This document shows, one piece after another, positions 54,944 through 64,000 of a stretch of DNA of 64,000 bases. This DNA comes from the human T2T-CHM13v2.0 reference genome, Homo sapiens. Below the pieces are notes generated by a model that ran no database searches, was not told the origin of the DNA, and saw only the letters and a program-made list of their open reading frames with translations. Location: NCBI RefSeq assembly GCF_009914755.1, contig NC_060926.1; one strand, 5' to 3'. The position numbers and the translations under genes were made by a program. Positions within the stretch are counted from its first letter, which is position 1; the number at the start of each line of letters is the position of its first letter.

Positions 54944-55785
54944 ATTTCTCAAAAGAAGACATACATGTGGCCAAAAAGCATATGAAAAATTCTCAACACC
55001 ACTAATAATTAGAGAAATGCAAATCAAAACCACAATGAGATACCATCTCACACTAGTCAGAATGGCTATCATTAAAAGGTCAAGAAATAATAGATGCTGG
55101 CGAGGTTACATAGAAAAAGGAACGCTTATACACTGCTGGTAGGAGTGTAAATTAGTTCAGCCATTGTGGAAAGCAGTTTGGAGATTCTCAAAGAACTTAA
55201 AACAGAACTGTCATTCAACCTAGCAATCCTGTTACTGGATGTATACCCAAAGGAATATAAATCGTTCTACCATAAAGACACATGCATGCATATGTTCATG
55301 ACAGCATGATTCACCATAGAAAAGACATGGAATCAACCTAAATGCCTATCAATGATAAACTGGATTTAAAAAATATGGTACATATACACCATGGAATTCT
55401 ATGCATCCATAAAAAAGAATAAAATCATGTCCTTTGCAATAACATGAATGGAGCAGGAGGCTATTATTCTAAGTGAATTAATAAAGGAACAGAAAATCAA
55501 ATATCACGTTTTCATTTATAAGTGGGAGCTAAACACTGGGTACACACAAACACAAAGAAGGGAATGATAGACAGTGAGGCCTACTCTGAGGGTGGAGGAT
55601 GGGAAGAGGGTGAGGATAAAAAAACTATACCTGTAGGGTACTATGCTTATTACCTGTGTGATGAAGTAATCTGTACACCAAACCCCCATGACATGCAATT
55701 TACCCATGTAACAAACCTGCTTGTGTACCCCCCTGAACCTAAAATAAAAAGTTGGAAATTAAAAAATAAAACAAAAAACTAAAAG
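54944..55785 (+). mobile_element. Older L1 (L1PB or late L1PA-like) 3' fragment
   Basis: Degenerate ORF2 end and 3' UTR ending AACCTGCTTGTGTACCCCCTGAACCTAAAATAAAA. Confidence 0.85.
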
Positions 55786-55878
55786 AAATGGAATTGGGAA
55801 ATTAAGGGTATGTTCTCATTTTCTTGTGAAGAACTTAACATTATTTTAAGATAATATGTAATTAAATAGTTTAAGGCT

Positions 55879-56322
55879 TGTAGACTGGGTTGAATAGTGT
55901 CACCCCGAAATTCATGTCTTTCTTAAAATCTCAGAATATGACCTTATTTGGAAATAGCGTCGTTGCAGATATAATGATAAGATGCAGTCACATTGGAATA
56001 GGGTGGGCCTTTAATCCAATATGACTGGTGTTCTTATAAGAAGAGATACAAGGGCATAGAGACACTGACACAGAGAAAAGACAGACACGTGAACACTGGG
56101 GCTGAGATTAGTGTGATGCATCCACAAGCCAAGGAACACTTAGGGCTTCTAGAAGCTGAAAGAAGCAAAAGTGGATCTTCCCTCAAAGGCTCAGGAGGTG
56201 GCATGGCCCTGCCCATGCCTTGATTTTGGACTTCTAACTTCCAGAACAGTAAGAGAGGACATTTCTGCTTTTTTAAGCCACCAGTTTCTGACACTTTGCT
56301 ATGAAAGCTATAGCAAAATTCA
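55879..56322 (+). mobile_element. MLT1C-like MaLR solo LTR
   Basis: GGGTTGAATAGTGTCACCCC...ACCTTATTTGGAAATAG...CACAAGCCAAGGAACAC...TTTAAGCCACCAGTTT. Confidence 0.85.
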
Positions 56323-57528
56323 GCCCACCTCTGGATTTTTGGCAACGTGAGCATTAAGAGCTGACCATTCTATAGACTGGTGGTCTAGGAGGAATTGAGA
56401 AAACTTTAGAACCAAAAAAAGGCAACAACACCTCACTTTTACCTGCATATTCATGGCTTCTTCACAGTCTCCTATATCATGAGCTATCAATATGAGGATC
56501 CCTTGGGATATGCAAACGGCAGATCTCTGCCCAGACCCAACGTGTTGGTTGGAATATCTCTGGTTAGAAACAAGGAATCTGCATTTTACTAGTTCTTAAG
56601 TCATTCTGGTGAATGCTAGAACTTTAGATTCGTGCAGAATAGCTTCTGTTACTATCTTTGAAGAATAATCAAACAAAAACCCATTAATCTATTGAGGGCC
56701 AACAAAAGACACAATGCTATCCTCAAGTGTGTAGACAGGGCCAAGTGAAATTTGAATATCAGACAGAATTAGCAGCCACCTAGGACCACACAGTCTCTTA
56801 TTAGGACATGGAATTTACCAACAGCATACACCCAAGTGACCCTTAATTTTATTCTTGCTCCCCAACCCACACAAGTAATGATAGCAAGTAATTGGTCCTC
56901 TTACCTTATGCCAGACCATTGCAGCTGGGACTTGGAAAGGATGGAGGAGAAATAGAGAAACTAGTGAATGTATACCTTGCTACCTACATGGTTTTCTTCC
57001 GTATGCTTTTGATAAAATGAAAACTATACACCTTCAAAATAAATTTAAAAATATTACTAAGATCCAATTAAGGGAGATGGAAAAAAGTTTTCTCAAGAGA
57101 AATTCCGTTTAACAAGACGTTCTCAATTCCACAAATTGAAAATTACATTTATATTAAGTAAATGAGGCAGATAATTCATTAAAGAATTGGAAATGGAAAT
57201 TGTAAGTCACTCCTGCTGTATTTTAGATTATCAGTATCCTTATATTTTACAGTGCACATATAATTTATGCAAGTGAGATAACTCATGTGTCCTTCATCTA
57301 AATATAGAAGTTTGTTATTATAGTTACAGTTTTTATTTCCTTTACCAATTGTTTTGAATTTTGAAAAATTTAAATTTAAGATGTATAGAAAAGACAACAA
57401 TGTAATCATTACCTGTGCAGCAGCTACTCTTCAAGAAATTAACAAATGTTAAAATATTTCTCTATAATGTTACTACAAACAAGAAGTATGGAGCATTATA
57501 GACAGAACTGGAGGTGTTCCTTATCTGC

Positions 57529-57829
<301 letters not shown>

Positions 57830-58159
57830 CTTTATCTACCTCTTGAGTGCATTCCTTTTATTCCCTTTATAGAGGCAAGCACTGCCTTGTCTCCCTACAG
57901 TCTCTGTTGTCTTTCTCTCCACCTGTCATCTAGATTTCCATGGATATAGATAGCTATATATGATTTTAGTACATATATTCAAGAGATTGGCCTGAAATTT
58001 TCTTTTGTATACAAATCACATAAAATTGTGTAATAATCATTCACTATTTTTTCAATACCTTGATATCAAAGAGTCAGTTCATGGCTCATTTTTATCATTA
58101 TTCTATATTTTATTATTATTATTATTAAATTTATTACCACTCTCATACCTACTTCTTTC

Positions 58160-58500
58160 TGTATTAGTGCATGTTAGGCTAAGTTGCTGTAGTGAAGACA
58201 TCCCCTCAAAATATGCAATTGTAGTAAGATAGAACAATTATTTCAGTTGACCTCTATGAGTTAAGGTTGATCTCAGCACCACCGCTGCCTTTCAGCCCCA
58301 ATGAAGAGAGTAAGATAGCATGGAGCGCATGCAACTTCCTAGTCACTGAGTCCCATGACCACAGTTAGCTACGGAGGCAGCTTCAATATGGGTCTTCAGC
58401 TCAAAATCGTGTCTTTAACTAAAACTAGGAGAGATAAGAAAGATATTTATTAACAACAACAAAAAAATGTAGAGGAGATAATATATTCTGGGGATAGTAA
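58160..58500 (-). mobile_element. Old MLT1-type LTR fragment
   Basis: TGTATTAGTGCATGTTAGGCTAAGTTGCTGTAG...CACAGTTAGCTACGGAGGC. Confidence 0.45.
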
Positions 58501-59279
58501 TAGCCCCTGCCATAACATATGCCTCTGGCAACCCAAAAACCTGTGTTCTTCTCACGCAAGCACTCACTTACCAAAAGAGAAAATCCTAAAGAGCTCCCTG
58601 CCCAAGGACAGAGGTGAATGGACCTGTCCCTTCCCCTGCTCAGTGTACAATAGGAGTAGAAAGACTCATGTTTAATGAAATCAGACTGACCATATGTTAT
58701 TTTGTTGTCTCCCATTTTCTGGGAGTACAGTTTTGTCACTGCATTGCAAGATAAAGCTGCATAGCTTCTAGGCATCTGGGAACCTCTATGCAAAGATCTG
58801 TGGCCCACCTCATCTCTCTCCAGGAGGGTTGAAATCCAGCCGTGACCTATTAAAATCTGTACAGAAGCTGGGTTTGCCCACGTCTCTTCAACTTTAGCTT
58901 ATGTGTGCACCACTGACTTTAAATCCCTGGTTTTTATCTGACATGTAAAGATCTCCCTTTCTTTTTTAGAGTTCATAGTATATTAAAAATTTAACTCTTA
59001 CATATATTCTGAATTTTAATATGTTTCAAGTAGTAGGGGTAGTTCCTACTTTAGCCCATATGTCTGGAAGTTTGCTATGTCTTTTTCATGTTTTTTAAAA
59101 TATTTAGGTGATATAAATTTAATAATCTAGTTTATTTCAGTTTTTCAATCCTTTTTAGCTTCTTGATGATATTTGGATAATATTGAAGATTCCAAATGAA
59201 AGGAATGAGAGGTGTTAATTTTGAAAAAAGATAAATATTTTGTATTCTGAATCTTTCATAGCATGTTAATTTTGATAAG

Positions 59280-59530
59280 TTGAGGCTCCCCACTCAGCTT
59301 TTGCTGTTTTGGATGAGGTGGGGATGGCCACAGCTTTCTCGGTGGTGTTTGGTTGAGGGAGAGCAGTTATTTTCTAAAAGTTTTCTGTCTTGCTAAGTTG
59401 CCTCTTTTCTGGTTCTTGGCTAGAAAAAGAAGGCTTTTGTTGCGACTTCTTTTTTGTCTGCTCCTGTTAGCATTTCTGGGTTACCTGCTTCTTCCACTTC
59501 AAATGGGCAATGTATGAGACAAAAAAAGAT
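59280..59530 (-). mobile_element. L1MC-like 3' UTR fragment
   Basis: GTGTTTGGTTGAGGGAGAGCAGTTATTTTCTAAAAGTTTTCTGTCTTGCTAAG. Confidence 0.55.
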
Positions 59531-60039
59531 CTAGGGATTGTTAAGGATTGTTCCCTATTCTAATACAGCACAGTAGTTGGGAAATTCAGCATTTGTTATT
59601 CTACAAATAATGAAAAATGTATATGCTATAGAAATATATACACATATATAAATATATTTGTATGCATATTTATATTATACACAAACTATACATTTATATA
59701 AATTGTATATATTATATAAATATAAATTATATAAATATATAAATATAAATTGTATTATACAAATTATAAAATATATAATTACATAAATATTATATAAACA
59801 TGTATTTTATACATATGTATTTTCCCTTTCTTCAAATTACAATTTAGTCACCAAGAACAGAGCTTTTCAAAAGATGTGGACTTAGCACACTGATATGCTT
59901 AGATAAAATGTCCTGGTATTGAACACATTAGTCCTCTTTGTGACTAGGTGGTTGCCTGGTAGTGAATTTGATTACTTCATGCCACGAAATCCTCCTCAGT
60001 TTACCCTACTGTGCTAAACAAATTTGTGTGTGTGTGTGC

Positions 60040-60730
60040 ACGATGGTGTGTATTTTTTTTCTCATTACCAGAAACCTAAAAGAATTTCATTTACTGAACA
60101 CCCTCATCAATACTTGTTATCATCAATATTTTAATTTTAGTTATTCTGGAGCTTGTATGTCAGTATCCCATTATGGTTTCAATTTTCATTTAATTTACCA
60201 ATGAATTTGACACTTTTTTACATGTTTCTAGGTATTCATTTTTCCTCTTCTTTTGGTGTGCTCATCTTGTTCTAATTGATTTTAGTTGTGACATATACCA
60301 GATACAAACATCTCGCTGCTTTAGATATTTTTTTCTTGTTTCTCAATATGCAGTCTCAGATTATTCATTGTAACACTTCTTCTTTACAAATATATGCATT
60401 TAAGATCACAAAATTTTTTTATTTGCACCATTAGCTATATTACATAAGTTTTGATATATTGTGTTTGCATTAAAATTAAGTTCAAAATATTTGTAATTTT
60501 TATTGATTATCCTTTTACTCATGGATTAATTAAAAGTATGTTAATTTCCAATATTTGATTGGTTTTGCTATTTTTGTTTGTTTTATTTCTAACACAACTT
60601 ATATTGGGATCAAAGAAAATATTTTGCATGATTTCAATCCTTTTGATTTTATTGAGGCTTGTTTTATGGCTCAGAATATGGTCTTTCTCTATATCTAATT
60701 AATCCTTGTTCTGGATAGATTGCTATGTTC
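60040..60730 (-). mobile_element. Ancient L1M fragments
   Basis: CATTATGGTTTCAATTTTCATT...ATTTATTGAGGCTTGTTTTATGGCTCAGAATATGGTCT. Confidence 0.6.
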
Positions 60731-60844
60731 ATTTCTCCATTCATTTATTAAACTCTTTCTCAGGGGATTAAAGATGAAATAATAGGCATAAAACAAATAT
60801 TTTATAGTTCCACAGGCTGTGAAACATTAGTGGGAAAAGACCAT

Positions 60845-61411
60845 ATAAATATAGTCTCATATATATTTGTTATATATATATATGTTACATATATAAAACA
60901 TATATATTTGTTATATATATGTTTATATACACATTTGTTTATATATTTGTTATATAAACATATATGTAACATATAAAAGATGTATATTTGTTATATATAA
61001 TATACATATATACATGTAAGACTATATAGATATATGTATATACATACATGTAAGACTATATAGATACATGTGTATATATAAATACATGTAAGACTATATA
61101 TATAGACTATAAAGACTATATAGATATAGATAAAGACTGTAGATATAGATAAAGACTATATATAGACTAGATATATAGACTATATATAGATTATAGATAA
61201 AGACTATATATATAGTCTTATGTCATATGTATATATGTCATATATAAGTATATATAAAAGTATATATGTAAGTCTTATATATATGTCATATATACATGTC
61301 ACATGTATATATGACATATATAGTCTTACATGTATATATATATATACATGTGTATATATATATATATTTAGGTAACATAAATTTTAATAATGTGGTGTAT
61401 TTCAGTTCTTC

Positions 61412-61461
<50 letters not shown>
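60845..61461. repeat. Complex TA-rich satellite with internal palindromes, ending in (TA)21
   Basis: Repeated TACATGTAAGACTATATA and its reverse complement. Pure TA run at 61419-61460. Confidence 0.92.
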
Positions 61462-61463
<2 letters not shown>

Positions 61464-64000
61464 TCTTCAAACCCAAATTCTGTCCTTATCTTAAGGACAT
61501 TAATGTACATTAGTTTCCCATTGTATTTATTTTGCTATCTGTCATGTAGACCACTTCATTCTTTTCTATAGTACAAAAAATTAGAACAGTTGTTATTTAT
61601 CATCACAGTCTTACAAATGATGAAAGACAGATTCAGAGACTTCTCCAAGGAGTATAAATCCTACCTTCCTATGTCACACAGTTGATGACAAGATGAAATG
61701 AAACACCATAGGTAAGTTTGCTTTGTACAATTGCAGGCCCTGTGCGTATGGATGTCGTGCGGTGCCCTCGCAAGTACTTCTTAAAAAGATGTAGCTCAGG
61801 TGCTGTTTAAAACTATAATGCTCATTACCAATTATCACTCCTTTTGACATTAACTTTAATATGCAGACACACTGATCCTTACTGACAACCCTTTTTCCAA
61901 ACATGGGATTGCTTTTTGAGAATTTTAAAGCCTAATTGAAAATCAGCTATTTACATGGTCTATTTTCCCAAAGGTTTTGAAAAGTTCATGTTTGGGTTTT
62001 CAGCCTACTTTTGCCACGAATTTTCCTCCATTCTTTGTAGAGGAAGAAACAAAGGACCCCAAAGCACCCCATGAGGCAGTATAATAAGAAGGCCTAGAAC
62101 TTGGATGCAAAGGGCCTCTTTGGGTGGAGACTTCACCGTGGTTGTATGCTTTAATCTTGACCTACACTTCCTCTTCTTTTTAAAAATAAACTCTAAGCAT
62201 TGTTCCTTGGATATAATTGTAAATGATCTTTCCAGAAAAAGAACAAATCTGTTTTTAAAGAACCTGGTAAATACTAGTGAAACCTGCATGATTGAGGGTT
62301 GGTCAAAATCTAAGTGGCTAGAACCGGAAATTCCACAAGACCATGACATTCTTTCATTGCAGCCAAGTGGCCCACACTGAGGGAAGATTCCTTTCTAGCT
62401 CTACACAGACTAAGACGTTTCATAGAATTTAGATTATTTTTTGAAATGACTTTAAAGTTTTCTTATTTTTAGGAGTGGCATTTAAGTTAATGTCGTTGTG
62501 AACATAGGACTTTTGTTGTTTTGTTATTCTAGTAATGTATACATTTGAGCATAACTGGAAAATTCAGAATCAGCCAATATTAATTTTATGGCAATTACCT
62601 AATCTAAGTGGGAAAATGTTGGCATACCCTTTTTAAATGCAATACTTTTGTTCATATTCTCTAACATAATGGGCATGTTCTGTAGTTTAAAGAACCTTTG
62701 TTTACAAGAGGAAAATAATGTCCTCAGTGCCCTGTAATTGACTTTCAGGGCCCAGTACTGAAACAAGTAGTACAGTATTCCATTACTGCAGCCAGTTTCA
62801 CAAATCAATCTAAATAAATGTGTTTTCTTTGCAGACTTTAATCAATAAAAACAAATTTGCAAACCTTGTACATGGTGAGAAAAGTGCCAACGATTGTACG
62901 AGTTTGAGAAGGCTTTTGTTCTTCTGAAATATTATTTTCTAAAAGTTATTGGATCTTCAGTTTTTAAAGTAAATCTCTAGAACATTTCTTTACCAAGTAA
63001 CATTATATGCTAGTTGCTTTAGGTCATCAAAAAATGCACAATTTATCCAACACACACATCATTATTGTAAAGCTATCATAATTTTACAATATATAATGTT
63101 TAAACTGAAACCGTCCAAAAGACATTCAAGTATTTAGGTTTAGCAGAGTACAAAGTTACTGACGATTAGACTCAGAAGAATCTTTCATCCAGTTACCCTT
63201 GTCTATGTCTATTGTCATAGTCTAATGACTAGGCCTATCCTTGTGTATGTGCAGAGAGTTTCTAACATCAGCACCAGAACATTTGCATGTGCCTGTCTGC
63301 CAGTTTTTTTTATTCCATGAATATTTATTGAAACAATATTCTGGGCTACACAATTTTAGCTTTACATTGCTAAAAGCTGACAATGTAAAGATGAGTAAGA
63401 CAGGCTTCTGCTGTAGCATATGAGGAAGTGTACATGTAAACAAAAAGTTCCAATATTCCTTGTTATATGTTATATGCTATATTATGCAGAGTTTTGGACA
63501 AAATGCTGAAAAGCATAAATGAATAGAATAATTTTAGAGGTATAAATAAAATGACTTCCGAGAAGAGGCATAATTTAAGCCAGGCATTGAAAAGAGAGCA
63601 GAAAAGCTGAAAAATAAGAGAATGACTGTAAATATTAAAAGCACATGGTAGCTCTTCATTCAGAACAAAAAACCCAAATTAAATGTTAATGGGCACTAGG
63701 ATTAACTGCAAGGTCCTTTCAAATGATACTTACTCCTCTTCTGACTCATCTCAAGTGTCTGTGCTGTTTACCGAATGAAAATGTCATTGCAAATGATATG
63801 AAAGTATTATGTCCTCAGATACATGGGCGACAGAAAATGGTTTAGTACCGCTGGTTAGTACAAAACTATTACTGATTCTCAAATGAAGTGCTTAAATTGT
63901 TTAGAGTCAGCTAGCTATGGAAGAAGGTTCTATATGCAATAACTGATGTTAAGCAAGTATACCTGTTCCTAAAACGAAGACAGCTATACAAAGTTTTCTC

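Overview
AT-rich primate (most likely human/hominoid) nuclear DNA, not prokaryotic. The only credible host coding sequence is a terminal coding exon on the + strand (4255-4482, ...CKQDSMPILPSW...QQTVFWDTAI*). I recognise it from memory as the C-terminus of the neuronal PI3K adaptor NYAP2, through similarity to the NYAP1 C-terminus. It is followed by a largely repeat-free ~5 kb putative 3' UTR (to ~9600). The remaining ~54 kb is intergenic and repeat-rich: L1PA/L1PB/L1M, Alu, MIR, L2, MaLR/MLT2/LTR16, a complete LTR12C solo LTR, MER5/MER20/MER2 and microsatellites. The most interesting signals lie in the 3' UTR: (1) a site that can pair with all 21 nt of miR-128-3p around a 2-nt bulge (TDMD-trigger or slicing-type geometry); (2) a perfect 5' splice site next to a UG repeat (TDP-43-type cryptic splice architecture); (3) a 72-nt knot of direct and inverted repeats. 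Intergenic oddities include a ~155-nt fold-back palindrome at 40.3 kb and a palindromic TA-rich tract at 61 kb. Repeat subfamily names and boundaries were judged by eye against remembered consensus sequences and are approximate. No searches or folding calculations were run.
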